Below, in pieces: positions 18,906 to 28,385 of a stretch of DNA of 64,000 bases (its first letter is position 1; the number at the start of each line of letters is the position of its first letter). The stretch lies in the NCBI GenBank assembly GCA_048270185.1, contig JBLWTJ010000004.1, positions 32,001-96,000 on the forward strand, written 5' to 3'. Made by a program: the position numbers and the translations under genes. Below the pieces are notes generated by a model. That model made no database searches. It had not been told where the DNA came from and saw only the letters and a program-made list of their open reading frames with translations. Source of the stretch: Bacteriovoracaceae bacterium (GTDB lineage: Bacteria; Bdellovibrionota; Bacteriovoracia; Bacteriovoracales; Bacteriovoracaceae).

Positions 18906-19799
18906 ATGACAAGTATTAACAAAGTAGCGATTCTTTTAAAGCCAAAAGTCATTACAGAATTTAATACAGTCCTTCCCAATTTAACTAATTGGCTTAAAAG
19001 AAGAAAAATTGAAATCTTTTTTGAAGAGAGCCAAGAATCCCGAATCAAGAAAATTTTTAAAAATGCCAAAACAGACTTTTCTTTCATAACAAGAGATGAG
19101 ATTTCTAAGAAGTGTAAAATTCTAATCACATTAGGAGGCGATGGAACTCTCATTGGAGCGGCCAGAACTAAAGAGATTAAGAAACTTAATATTTTTGGTA
19201 TCAACATGGGGAATCTCGGTTTTATTGCTGAATTTTCCAAACAAGATTTTTATGATGGGTTAGAGCTGGCCTTAAGAGGAAAGTTAAAGACAAGAAAAAT
19301 CCAAATGTATCAAGCGCAGATAAAAAGAGAGAAGCAAAAGCCCATTACTCTCAATTTTCTAAATGATGCCGTTATTACTAAATCAGGTATTTCTCGAATG
19401 TTTGATCTTGAACTCGAGTCAAATGGTGAAAGTATTTATAACCTAGCAGGAGATGGACTAATTGTGAGTACACCGATTGGTTCAACAGCTTACTCTCTCG
19501 CCGCTAATGGACCAATTGTTCATCCAAGTGTGAAAGGAGTTGTTTTAAATCCAATTTGTCCCCATGCTTTAACTCACAGGCCAATGGTTCTTCCTGACAA
19601 TGAAACACTCAGTATCATTATTCCTCGAGGACAGGAAGATATCTATCTTACTATTGATGGACAAGAAGAGTACCGACTTGAACCAAAAGATATCATTACG
19701 ATCAAAAAGTCTCGTAGTCATCATGTTAACTTCTATATCAATGAAGAGAGAAATTACTTTAGGACATTAAAAGAGAAGTTTAAATACGGTCGTCGTTAA
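18906..19799 (+). CDS. nadK: NAD kinase
   Basis: 'LGGDGTLI', 'GNLGFI', 'LND', 'DGLIVSTPIGSTAYSLAANGP'. Confidence 0.95.
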   Translation: MTSINKVAILLKPKVITEFNTVLPNLTNWLKRRKIEIFFEESQESRIKKIFKNAKTDFSFITRDEISKKCKILITLGGDGTLIGAARTKEIKKLNIFGINMGNLGFIAEFSKQDFYDGLELALRGKLKTRKIQMYQAQIKREKQKPITLNFLNDAVITKSGISRMFDLELESNGESIYNLAGDGLIVSTPIGSTAYSLAANGPIVHPSVKGVVLNPICPHALTHRPMVLPDNETLSIIIPRGQEDIYLTIDGQEEYRLEPKDIITIKKSRSHHVNFYINEERNYFRTLKEKFKYGRR

Positions 19800-20514
19800 G
19801 TTCTAAAAACTCAAACTCAGAATCGATTTTAAGATACTTCTTTGTGACAGGAACATAACCACAATTATAGTATTCAATATCTATATCTTTATAAGCATCT
19901 TGAAAGTGACTATGACCACATACAATTATATCAACATTGTATTCACTAGCGGCTATAGCGGCTGACCTTCTAAATTTATCCCTAATAGCAAGGTTACTCT
20001 GCGTATGGCCGTATCTTTTTTCATTGCGATGACGGCTCTTTTTCGAAAGATAGTCACCTATTACTTTTACAATTTTATAATTAAAAATATACTTTGAGAC
20101 TAAAGAAAGAGGAAAACTACGAATAAAAGCTCTCCAAACTTTATAGTTAAAGTTTTCGATTTCAATTTCATCACCATGACAAAATAAAACTTTCTTATCA
20201 TTTATGATTTCAACAAATGGCTTTGTTCTTATGATAATTCCATTTGAAGTCATTAAATCTTCAATATGAAAGTCATGATTTCCTTGAATATAGAATACAG
20301 TTATTCCACATTTCGTAAGCTCTCTAATACGATCGAAAAACCAATTATAGTGGCTTTCATATTCTCGATAACTCCCAACCATAAGATCAAAGATATCACC
20401 TAGTAAATAAATACGATCGCCTGCTTTAAAATCAAGAGCAAGGAATGACTTGAGATACTCAGCGTTCTTCAAGTCCCATTTAACATGTATATCTGAGATT
20501 ACATAATTGGTCAT
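19780..20514 (-). CDS. lpxH: UDP-2,3-diacylglucosamine hydrolase (LpxH-like metallophosphoesterase)
   Basis: 'ISDIH', 'LLGDIFD', 'GNHD', 'HGD', 'GHSH'. Confidence 0.75.
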   Translation of the reverse strand: MTNYVISDIHVKWDLKNAEYLKSFLALDFKAGDRIYLLGDIFDLMVGSYREYESHYNWFFDRIRELTKCGITVFYIQGNHDFHIEDLMTSNGIIIRTKPFVEIINDKKVLFCHGDEIEIENFNYKVWRAFIRSFPLSLVSKYIFNYKIVKVIGDYLSKKSRHRNEKRYGHTQSNLAIRDKFRRSAAIAASEYNVDIIVCGHSHFQDAYKDIDIEYYNCGYVPVTKKYLKIDSEFEFLELNDDRI

Positions 20515-20544
20515 ATTAAAATGATAGATGATTTAATTAGATAA

Positions 20545-21216
20545 TCATAGAAGATCTTTTAAGAGTTTATCACAACCTTTTTGTAATTTACGCACCTCTT
20601 TTTGATATTCCTTATTACCATCCACAGCAACTGCGATTCGATAGGCGCCATAAGGAAAGCGTGATATCTGATAAGGCTTAATCTTCTTTGTGTCGACAAC
20701 TTGGCCTTTTACATGAACCTTTTCTTTTGCGAACTTAACTTCGAAATTTAAAGAGTCGTTCTTTAACTGAAAGAGCTGATCATATTGTGAAGCACCTAAA
20801 ATAAAAGAAATACCACCTTCACTAATGTCATAGACTTCATACTTTATATTTTGGAAATAACTATAGAGGGGGCTTAGTGGTTCAAACCTCTCAAACTCTC
20901 TTCTCTCTAATCGCTTCTCTTTTATTGGATATGAAATTTCTAAACTATTGCCATGTATGGCACTTAATTCACTGACAAAAATTAATTGTAGATCTGGAAT
21001 ATAGAACTTTAAAAGACTCGGCCCTCGTAGGAAATGTGCGAGACTATCTTTCAATCCTTCTTCAATGGTCATAAATAAATTCTTGGCAAATGAATTTAAG
21101 CTTTTAAGTCGAACGGGAAGTCTAACAATATTACCCTCGATAATGTCCCAAATAATAACTTCATTATTCTCATTGATCGATTCGATAATATCTTGTTCAA
21201 ATTTATTCTTCTTCAT
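20545..21216 (-). CDS. PilZ-domain protein (YcgR-like c-di-GMP receptor)
   Basis: RxxxR 'RREFER' and DxSxxG 'DISEGG'. Confidence 0.8.
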   Translation of the reverse strand: MKKNKFEQDIIESINENNEVIIWDIIEGNIVRLPVRLKSLNSFAKNLFMTIEEGLKDSLAHFLRGPSLLKFYIPDLQLIFVSELSAIHGNSLEISYPIKEKRLERREFERFEPLSPLYSYFQNIKYEVYDISEGGISFILGASQYDQLFQLKNDSLNFEVKFAKEKVHVKGQVVDTKKIKPYQISRFPYGAYRIAVAVDGNKEYQKEVRKLQKGCDKLLKDLL

Positions 21217-21330
21217 TACGACTCATTTTCCTTTCCAACAAAGCCTTGAGTATTTCTACTCAAGGCGATGAATGGAATAACATTCCTTATTATCAGAAAG
21301 GAGGGGGCCTTTAACGACCCCATTAAATTA

Positions 21331-22161
21331 TTAACCTACTAATCTAAGCGCTGATGCTTGAATATTATTAGCCTGCGCTAATGCAGCAATACCAGCTTGT
21401 TTTGATACGTTTGCTGAAGCAAGACGAGATGACTCGTATGCTACGTCAGCATCTTCAATTACTGATCTCGATGCATCCTGGTTTACTGCCTGGATCTCAA
21501 GGTTACTTACAGTTGACTGAAGTCTTGACTGAATCGCACCTAGATTTGCACGTTGAGCAGAAATATTTGTAATGGCCTCATCCACATTCTCCATTGACGA
21601 TCGAGCATCATCCTTAGAGGCGACGCTCAGGCCTGAAATATTTAAGTTAGAAGCTGTGGCATTTGTCGCACTAGGGTCGTATTGAATCGCCCCGTGTTCA
21701 CCTGCAAATGTCCCAACTTGGATATCCATTTCTGGACCCGTACCATTTAATAATGGTGTTCCTGAGAAAAAAGTTGATTCCGCAATACGGTCAACCTCTT
21801 TAACGAGTTGTTGATATTCTTTATCCAAGAAACCTCTCTCAGTATCACCGATTGTATCCGAAGCGGCCTGTACCGAAAGCTCCCTCAAACGAATCAGAAT
21901 ATTACCTGTTTCATTCATGGCCCCTTCTGCCGTCTGGATCATCGAGATACCATCATTTGCGTTTCTTGCAGCCTGTCTCAGACCTTTCGTCTGTGCTTCC
22001 ATATTCTTAGCAATGGCTAAACCGGCAGCATCGTCGGCTGATTTGTTAATCCTCTTACCACTAGAGAGCTTCTCCAGTGTATCTCCGGATGCTTTCCCGG
22101 ACGTTTTCAAGTTCTTCTGCACCATCTGTGCAGCTGTGTTAGTAGCAATACGTAAACCCAT
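21331..22161 (-). CDS. fliC: Flagellin (276 aa)
   Basis: 'LSSGKRINKSADDAAGLAIA', 'RANLGAIQSRL', 'ALAQAN'. Confidence 0.96.
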   Translation of the reverse strand: MGLRIATNTAAQMVQKNLKTSGKASGDTLEKLSSGKRINKSADDAAGLAIAKNMEAQTKGLRQAARNANDGISMIQTAEGAMNETGNILIRLRELSVQAASDTIGDTERGFLDKEYQQLVKEVDRIAESTFFSGTPLLNGTGPEMDIQVGTFAGEHGAIQYDPSATNATASNLNISGLSVASKDDARSSMENVDEAITNISAQRANLGAIQSRLQSTVSNLEIQAVNQDASRSVIEDADVAYESSRLASANVSKQAGIAALAQANNIQASALRLVG

Positions 22162-22400
22162 AATTTTCTCCTTTCCTCTGCCCTACTGTGACTTCAGGCA
22201 AACCCGTATTTACTATTACCTGTTCGTAATACTCGGGTAATTACTTTAGTAAATCCCTCAGGTTTTTGGGAAAAAGTGCTCTGTTTTGACTGATTTTAAT
22301 GACTTATATCAATATAGCTCAATATTTTTTAATGGTTTCAATGCCTTAAATTGCCAAGGAAATTTGTCGTTTTACTTGTTGGGTGTTGTATGTGTAGTTG

Positions 22401-22524
22401 GTTCACCTGACCTTATGAACAGGAAGTTCTGTATGTCAGCGTGAGACAGGAGCCGAAGCTGACCCCATACTGGTCGGTCGTCGTTGTTCGGCTTCATTTT
22501 GCCTTAGTGGCAAATGACGCATCC
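22401..22524 (+). other. GC-rich structured intergenic element between the flagellins (possible sRNA or repeat)
   Basis: Stems GAAC-AGGAA-GTTC, TCAGC...CAGGA...GCTGA and CATTTTGCC-TTAGT-GGCAAATG within an AT-rich spacer. Confidence 0.35.
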
Positions 22525-22554
22525 AAAAAAAGGGCCCTTGTGATAAGGGCCCTT
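22525..22554 (-). terminator. Intrinsic terminator of the upstream flagellin
   Basis: AAGGGCCCTT-N5-AAGGGCCCTT stem with a T tract on the minus strand. Confidence 0.85.
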
Positions 22555-22584
22555 GAAGTGTTGCATTCGAATTTGGTTTTTTTA

Positions 22585-23418
22585 TTAACCGATCAGTCTT
22601 AGTGCAGCTTGATTAGAGTTATTAGCTTGCGCTAGTACAGAAGTCGCTGAGTTAGTAAGGATATTTGCCTTAGCTAAGTTTGCAGACTCTGATGCTACAT
22701 CAGTATCTTTAATTCGTGAGTTAGCGGCACTCATATTCTCGTTAGAGATTTCTAGGTTGTTAATTGTCGACTGTAGTCTGTTTTGTAACGCCCCTAGTTC
22801 CGCTCTACCACCAGATACTTTTGTCATGGCAGCATCAATAGCTTCTAAGTTATTTTGAGCATCTTCTTTAGAAGAAACTGAAAGCCCGCTAACACCTAAA
22901 TCTTCTGTTTTAACAGAAACTGTTGATGGCTTGTAAGTAATTCTATCATTTGTTGCGTCGTTATTCAGACCAACTTGGAATTCCTTATCAGTACCTTCAC
23001 CATTGATTAGTTTTGTACCGTTAAATTGTACTGATTCTGAAATTCTATCAATCTCTTTCGTTAATTGTTGGAATTCTTTATCAGTAAATTCTCTTTCAGT
23101 ATCTCCAATCGTATCTGATGCTGATTGAATTGAAAGTTCTCTTAGACGTACTAAGATATTTCCAACTTCGTTCATACCACCTTCAGCGATTTGGATCATC
23201 GAGATACCATCACCAGCGTTTCTTGTCGCTTGTTGAGTACCTCTGATGTTTGCTCTTAACTTTTCCGATATTGCTAAGCCGGCAGCATCATCACTGGCCT
23301 TATTAATTCTTGAACCTGATGATAATTTATTTAAAGAATCATCTTGTTGTCTCTTAACTTGACCTAAACTTCTTTGTGCTGCAATTGACTGAGTATTCGT
23401 GTTAATTCTTAATCCCAT
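22585..23418 (-). CDS. fliC: Flagellin (277 aa; start corrected to ATG 23418)
   Basis: MGLRINTN start with GAGGAG SD, homologous to the neighbouring flagellin; conserved N- and C-terminal motifs. Confidence 0.96.
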   Translation of the reverse strand: MGLRINTNTQSIAAQRSLGQVKRQQDDSLNKLSSGSRINKASDDAAGLAISEKLRANIRGTQQATRNAGDGISMIQIAEGGMNEVGNILVRLRELSIQSASDTIGDTEREFTDKEFQQLTKEIDRISESVQFNGTKLINGEGTDKEFQVGLNNDATNDRITYKPSTVSVKTEDLGVSGLSVSSKEDAQNNLEAIDAAMTKVSGGRAELGALQNRLQSTINNLEISNENMSAANSRIKDTDVASESANLAKANILTNSATSVLAQANNSNQAALRLIG

Positions 23419-23423
23419 TTTAT

Positions 23424-23512
23424 TCTCCTCGAATAAGCAACCTCCTTGTGTAATTTGCGTTGAAACTCCGTGTTTCAACAATTAAATCCCAACAGCCAGT
23501 CCCATCCGGCTG
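23424..23512 (-). promoter_or_regulatory. Flagellin 5' UTR with multiple GGA motifs (putative CsrA sites)
   Basis: CAGCC-GGATGGGACT-GGCTG; perfect GTTGAAAC-ACGGA-GTTTCAAC (23459-23479); AAGGAGG; GAGGAG SD. Confidence 0.65.
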
Positions 23513-23520
23513 CAATACCC

Positions 23521-23547
23521 ATAACGGTTACTCGGAAATATTCTTGA
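23521..23547 (-). promoter_or_regulatory. Sigma28-like promoter of the flagellin
   Basis: TCAA-N15-ACCGTTAT on the minus strand. Confidence 0.6.
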
Positions 23548-23576
23548 GAGAAAAGTGGAAGAATTTTAACTTTTTT

Positions 23577-23879
23577 TTAAGATAACCGACTGCTCAGATC
23601 AAGCATATAGTCGACCATTTCACTATGACATTCAATTTTATGGTCAATTGGAAATCGATTTTTTAAAGACGTATTAACAAAGGCGACATCACCATCAAAG
23701 TAGAAATGCTTCTTTCTAAGATGGCCAAGTTTATAATCAATATCATCAAAAAGAATAACGACGGGAAGTCCAAATTTTAAACTACTCTTAATTGACATTA
23801 GAATATGAGTATATGGTACTTCTAGTTCAGCGATTTGCTTCGATATTAAAATATGATCTTCTTTAAAATGCAGAAACAA
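23577..23879 (-). CDS. Hypothetical protein
   Basis: 100-aa ORF; TTG start abuts the stop of the upstream gene. Confidence 0.55.
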   Translation of the reverse strand: MFLHFKEDHILISKQIAELEVPYTHILMSIKSSLKFGLPVVILFDDIDYKLGHLRKKHFYFDGDVAFVNTSLKNRFPIDHKIECHSEMVDYMLDLSSRLS

Positions 23880-24338
23880 TTAAGAACGACCTTGAATCTT
23901 TTCAATGAGGTTTGTCGTTGAATAGCCGTCTTCAAAATTAAGACTTAGAACTTCTCCACCATTAGCTGTGACAATATCGTGACCGATAATACTTTCTATC
24001 GGCCAGTCACCACCCTTAACTAGTACATTTGGTTGGATGGCCTGAATCAGATCATATGGGGTATCTTCTTCGAAAATAAACACCTTAGTTACAGACTTTA
24101 GGTTTTCAAGCATAAAGCTACGATCAAGCTCTCCGTTAACAGGACGATCTTCACCCTTTAATCGCTTAACACTTTGATCAGAATTAAGTCCAATAACTAG
24201 TGCATCTCCAAGTTTAGCCGCTTCGTTGAGATACATAATGTGTCCACGGTGAAGAATATCAAAGCATCCATTTGTAAAAACAATTTTTTTATTAGCTAAT
24301 TCAGATTGAATATAGTCACTTGCTTCTTGGTATTTCAT
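23880..24338 (-). CDS. rfaE2: D-glycero-beta-D-manno-heptose 1-phosphate adenylyltransferase (RfaE domain II / HldC)
   Basis: 'VFTNGCFDILHRGH', 'GLNSDQSVKRLKGEDRPVN', 'FEEDTP', 'LVKGGDW', 'GYSTTNLIEKI'. Confidence 0.92.
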   Translation of the reverse strand: MKYQEASDYIQSELANKKIVFTNGCFDILHRGHIMYLNEAAKLGDALVIGLNSDQSVKRLKGEDRPVNGELDRSFMLENLKSVTKVFIFEEDTPYDLIQAIQPNVLVKGGDWPIESIIGHDIVTANGGEVLSLNFEDGYSTTNLIEKIQGRS

Positions 24339-25036
24339 TATTTCTTCTTTAAGTTATTCCCAAAAAACTTCTTATCGAGACCTAAAAGATACGGCAACCC
24401 AAGAAGTGGAATCGATAGGAATTCAAATAGTGTGCGTTCAATGATTGTATTGAATGCAGCTTCATTTGATTGCTTTGGCTTAAGTCCAAACACAAATTGA
24501 CCAAGAGTTGATCTGTATACCGAAGTAACACGATAAATTAAATGTATTAAAACAAATAGAGTGATCAAGTAACGATAGCTTGAATTCTTAAGCGTCAAAG
24601 TTAAGAATGATTCAAATGACATTCCACTGGCCAAAAACATTGATGAAATAATAACAGCGAAAATCATCATTGAAATAGTCATATCAACAACGAAAGCACC
24701 AAATCTTAAATACATTGGTACGGCCTTAGCGGCACTATTAATTTCAATTTCGCGATTAACCTGAGGAATCTCTTTTTCTGTACCTTTTCGATAGAAGGCC
24801 TCAAGCTCTGTTGGCACACTCATTTCTTTTTCACGGCCAAGAACTTTATTGAAATTATTTATATGATTCTGAGTTGGTGTAACTTCAATCTTTGCAGTCT
24901 TTAAATTGTTTAAAGTATTCGACTTTCCGTGATGAAAACCAAGGCCTTCATTTATAGGCTTAAATGGAATATCTTCTATATCAAAGTCGTCAAAATTCAC
25001 TTGTTTCTTACTCGCTTGGTGTGTTTCTAAATTCAT
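24338..25036 (-). CDS. RDD-family membrane protein
   Basis: 'LRFGAFVVD', TM helices, 'STLGQFVFGLK'. Confidence 0.7.
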   Translation of the reverse strand: MNLETHQASKKQVNFDDFDIEDIPFKPINEGLGFHHGKSNTLNNLKTAKIEVTPTQNHINNFNKVLGREKEMSVPTELEAFYRKGTEKEIPQVNREIEINSAAKAVPMYLRFGAFVVDMTISMMIFAVIISSMFLASGMSFESFLTLTLKNSSYRYLITLFVLIHLIYRVTSVYRSTLGQFVFGLKPKQSNEAAFNTIIERTLFEFLSIPLLGLPYLLGLDKKFFGNNLKKK

Positions 25037-25070
25037 CCCTAAACCCTCTTATAATAGGATGACACATTTT

Positions 25071-25793
25071 TTATTTAACATCAAATTTTCCAAGCACATA
25101 TCCCACAATAGTTGAGACAGCATTCTCTGTTTTAAGAATTGGTGTCGGAAGTTTTAGGCCATAGACATTTGACTCTTTTAACACAAGATCTTCTTCTCTT
25201 GTAGAAAGTCCGCCTTCTGGTCCAATAATCAATAAAACTCGTATATCTTCTAAGTTTAATTCTTCTTTTATTTTTAATTCTTTGCTTTCTCTCAACGTTG
25301 TTAAAAGAATGACGTCGTATTCTTTAAATATTTCAAAGAGTCCATCAAGACTTTCTACTTCATTATGAATAATTGGTAGATAAGGATTATTTGATTGAAT
25401 TAATGCACTTTCGATGACAGAGCTTACACGATCAGTATTCTTAATGGACCATTGAGAAAAGTCCGCTCTAAACGGATAAACTTCACTAACACCAACTTGT
25501 GTTGCATTTTTAAGAGCAGCTTCAAAAGCCTCTCTCTTTGGTAGTCCTATCGCAATATCAATACGTGATTTCTGTTGTGCCTTTTCAAATGAAGTTACTC
25601 TTAATGAAACTTCTTTCTTCGTACAATTAATAACTTCACTATTATAGCGTCCCCCCTTTCCATCAAGGAGTAGGACCTCATCACCATTTTTTACACGCGC
25701 TACTTTCAGGAGATGATGACTGCGATCATCTGAAATTCTAAGGATTCCATCAATTGAAGGCTCTAAATCTTCTCTCGTAAAAATAGCTCGCAT
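25071..25793 (-). CDS. rsmE: 16S rRNA m3U1498 methyltransferase
   Basis: 'HHLLKVARVK', 'IIGPEGGLS', 'ILKTENA'. Confidence 0.92.
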   Translation of the reverse strand: MRAIFTREDLEPSIDGILRISDDRSHHLLKVARVKNGDEVLLLDGKGGRYNSEVINCTKKEVSLRVTSFEKAQQKSRIDIAIGLPKREAFEAALKNATQVGVSEVYPFRADFSQWSIKNTDRVSSVIESALIQSNNPYLPIIHNEVESLDGLFEIFKEYDVILLTTLRESKELKIKEELNLEDIRVLLIIGPEGGLSTREEDLVLKESNVYGLKLPTPILKTENAVSTIVGYVLGKFDVK

Positions 25794-25797
25794 CTAA

Positions 25798-26766
25798 TTA
25801 TTCCTTTTGTAGAAGTATTGCAGACCAATCACCCTTTGAAAGGACATCAATATTCTTTAAGCAATTATATTCTTCAAGAACTGTATCTACTTGATCATTT
25901 AATATCCCCGAAAGAATCAGATATGAACCGCTCTCTAATGAATCTAATAGAATTTCTTTTTCACTTTGAAGTACATGAAGAAGAATATTTGCAAAAACTA
26001 CTTTATACTTATCAGTTAGCTCAAAGCGACGACGAGCAATAAGACGATGTCCATCCATACGGTCAGCTTCTAAGTTTAGCTTTAAATTCTCGTGACAATT
26101 ATCAAGGGCAGCAGGATCAATATCGACAAAATCAACAAGCGTATTATTCTTCTTTATTGCACCAATTCCAAGGATTCCAGAACCACAACCAAAATCTAGG
26201 CAAAGGTCTTTATCCTTTATCTCGTGCTTGATATTCATATAGTGCTTAAGACATAAATATGTCGTCTCATGTTCACCAGTTCCAAATCCCATACCAGGAA
26301 TAATATAAATATTGTCGTTATTAGATTTATAGTCTTCTTCTTTAAACCACTCAGGAACAACACTTAGGTCTTTTGTTACTTCTATAGGAGCATAGTGCTT
26401 CTTCCAAACTTCATTCCAATCAGAATACTCTTCATCTATTAACTCAACAGTTAAATCCATTGATTCAATGGCCTTAACAAAGTCATGGGCCCTAGATATA
26501 TCACCTTGAAAGAAGAAGTAGTTGAACTTTTTTACATCCTCTTCTTTTGATAATTCAATTATTTCATCGATAACTGATTCTGGAACATCTCCACCAGAAT
26601 AAGCTCTCTCCCCCAGAATTTCGTCAACTTGTGCTTCTTCTAAGGAAAACTCTTCAATTCCATCTACTTCAAAATCATTGAGCGCTATTTTATTCACTTC
26701 TTCACATTGATTACTTGAAGTGTATTCAACAGTTACAATTTTAAAGGTTTCAGTTTTTACAGACAT
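25798..26766 (-). CDS. prmA: Ribosomal protein L11 methyltransferase
   Basis: 'DWNEVWKKHYAPI', 'PGMGFGTGEHETT', 'LDFGCGSGILGI', 'ANIL', 'LILSGIL'. Confidence 0.93.
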   Translation of the reverse strand: MSVKTETFKIVTVEYTSSNQCEEVNKIALNDFEVDGIEEFSLEEAQVDEILGERAYSGGDVPESVIDEIIELSKEEDVKKFNYFFFQGDISRAHDFVKAIESMDLTVELIDEEYSDWNEVWKKHYAPIEVTKDLSVVPEWFKEEDYKSNNDNIYIIPGMGFGTGEHETTYLCLKHYMNIKHEIKDKDLCLDFGCGSGILGIGAIKKNNTLVDFVDIDPAALDNCHENLKLNLEADRMDGHRLIARRRFELTDKYKVVFANILLHVLQSEKEILLDSLESGSYLILSGILNDQVDTVLEEYNCLKNIDVLSKGDWSAILLQKE

Positions 26767-28270
26767 TTTTAATTTCCTTAAGTACTAAGAAGTTTCCATT
26801 TGGATAAATGCCTTTAAGTTCAATACATTTATTCATGACCCAAATGACATCAGGGTGCCAAAGACTAATATATGGATATTCATTATTAACCACAATATTG
26901 GCCTTCTTATAGAGCTCAACTTCTTTCTTCTTATTTATAGTATGCTCAGCTTTAATAATCAGATTATCGAACTCTTTATTATCAAAAAAGACACGATTTG
27001 CACCCTTTGGGGGCATTTTTTCAGAGTAAAAAGCGAACTTAAGCATATCTTGTCCTGTAAATCCAACCCAACGGCCTAAATACAGGTCATATTCACCGCG
27101 TTTAATCCCTCTAAGAAAAGTACCCCACTCCTGTGGCATCACATTGATAACAAGTCCGAATTTTTCGAATTCCTCCTCAATTATTGTGACTATTTCTTGT
27201 TGAAATTTATTACTGGATGTTTTCCACGTTATACTAAACTTTTCCCCATTATTGTCATACCAAATACCATTTCGCATTTCAAAACCTGCCTTTAGAAAAA
27301 GATCGTATGCAAGTTTTGGATCATATTGATCGACAGGTTGATCGATATAGAAATTTTTAAATGATTTTGCGTATAGACCATTAGATGAGACTGCATTTCC
27401 TTTAAACTTATACTTGATAATCTTTTCTCGTGGGATCAAATGACTTAGGGCCTTTCTTACATTTACGTTAGAAAAGATTTTCTTCTTTTGATTAATACCA
27501 ATGTAGTTATAATCAGTCCCTAAAACCTTAACCACATTAACATCACTATTCTTCTGTAGGTAATTAACCTTTCGTGGTGAAATATTAGCAACAGAAAGGT
27601 CAATCTCTCCTTTTATTAACTTGAGAGATAGTGTAGTTTCATCTTTAACGACAACAAAGTTTAAGTCATTAAGACCTTTCTTAAGCGCCTTTAAATCGAT
27701 CTGAAGAGGGGCGATATTTGTTATCTTATAATCACCTGCTCCCACAATATCTTCCATTTCTACTTTCTCTAATTTTTCAAAATTAGGAATATCAATAATT
27801 TTAAAGAGCACTAAATTAGGAAGATGATCTAGGCCAAACTCCTTGTATATAAGATCAAAAGTTAAATTATCTATCACTTTAACTTCTGTGATATTTCCAA
27901 AAGCAAAACGAAAAATTGATTTAATTTTTTCCGTTTCAGTGAAGTACATATGAGACTTTTGGACATCATTTGCAGTAAGTGACTTCCCGTTTGAGAACTT
28001 AAGATTAGGCTTCAACTTAAATCGAATTTTATAACTCGTCTTTGTTCTGTACTCTTTAAATGATTCACAAAGCTGGCAGATCGGCTGCATTTCGGTGTTA
28101 AAATCAATTAGCGAGGCATTGATAAGTCGATTTATATTTTGAGAGTTTGCATCAGTGGAAAAAAACGGGCTCAAACTATTCGGTGAAGAAGAGATCGCTA
28201 TATTAATAGGTGAAGCGTAAACTATTGAAGATACGATAAAATTGAGACATAAAAAAAGAAATTTGGACAT
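26750..28270 (-). CDS. ABC transporter substrate-binding protein, family 5 (peptide/nickel)
   Basis: 'LKFSNGKSLTANDV', 'VGAGDY', 'VRKALSHLIPRE'; no permease genes adjacent. Confidence 0.85.
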   Translation of the reverse strand: MSKFLFLCLNFIVSSIVYASPINIAISSSPNSLSPFFSTDANSQNINRLINASLIDFNTEMQPICQLCESFKEYRTKTSYKIRFKLKPNLKFSNGKSLTANDVQKSHMYFTETEKIKSIFRFAFGNITEVKVIDNLTFDLIYKEFGLDHLPNLVLFKIIDIPNFEKLEKVEMEDIVGAGDYKITNIAPLQIDLKALKKGLNDLNFVVVKDETTLSLKLIKGEIDLSVANISPRKVNYLQKNSDVNVVKVLGTDYNYIGINQKKKIFSNVNVRKALSHLIPREKIIKYKFKGNAVSSNGLYAKSFKNFYIDQPVDQYDPKLAYDLFLKAGFEMRNGIWYDNNGEKFSITWKTSSNKFQQEIVTIIEEEFEKFGLVINVMPQEWGTFLRGIKRGEYDLYLGRWVGFTGQDMLKFAFYSEKMPPKGANRVFFDNKEFDNLIIKAEHTINKKKEVELYKKANIVVNNEYPYISLWHPDVIWVMNKCIELKGIYPNGNFLVLKEIKNVCKN

Positions 28271-28385
28271 CCATAATCCCGGTAAAAGCCAACAAATGTA
28301 ATTATTATAAGATTAGCACCTCTTTTATTTGATGTGAACTCAATCTATGTTAAGTTACTGAAAACATTAAAAACAAAGGTCAATT

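Noticed and set aside
23419..23481. 21-aa N-terminal extension of the flagellin in the ORF track
   Set aside because: Homology to the neighbouring flagellin and the SD place the start at 23418; this stretch is 5' UTR.
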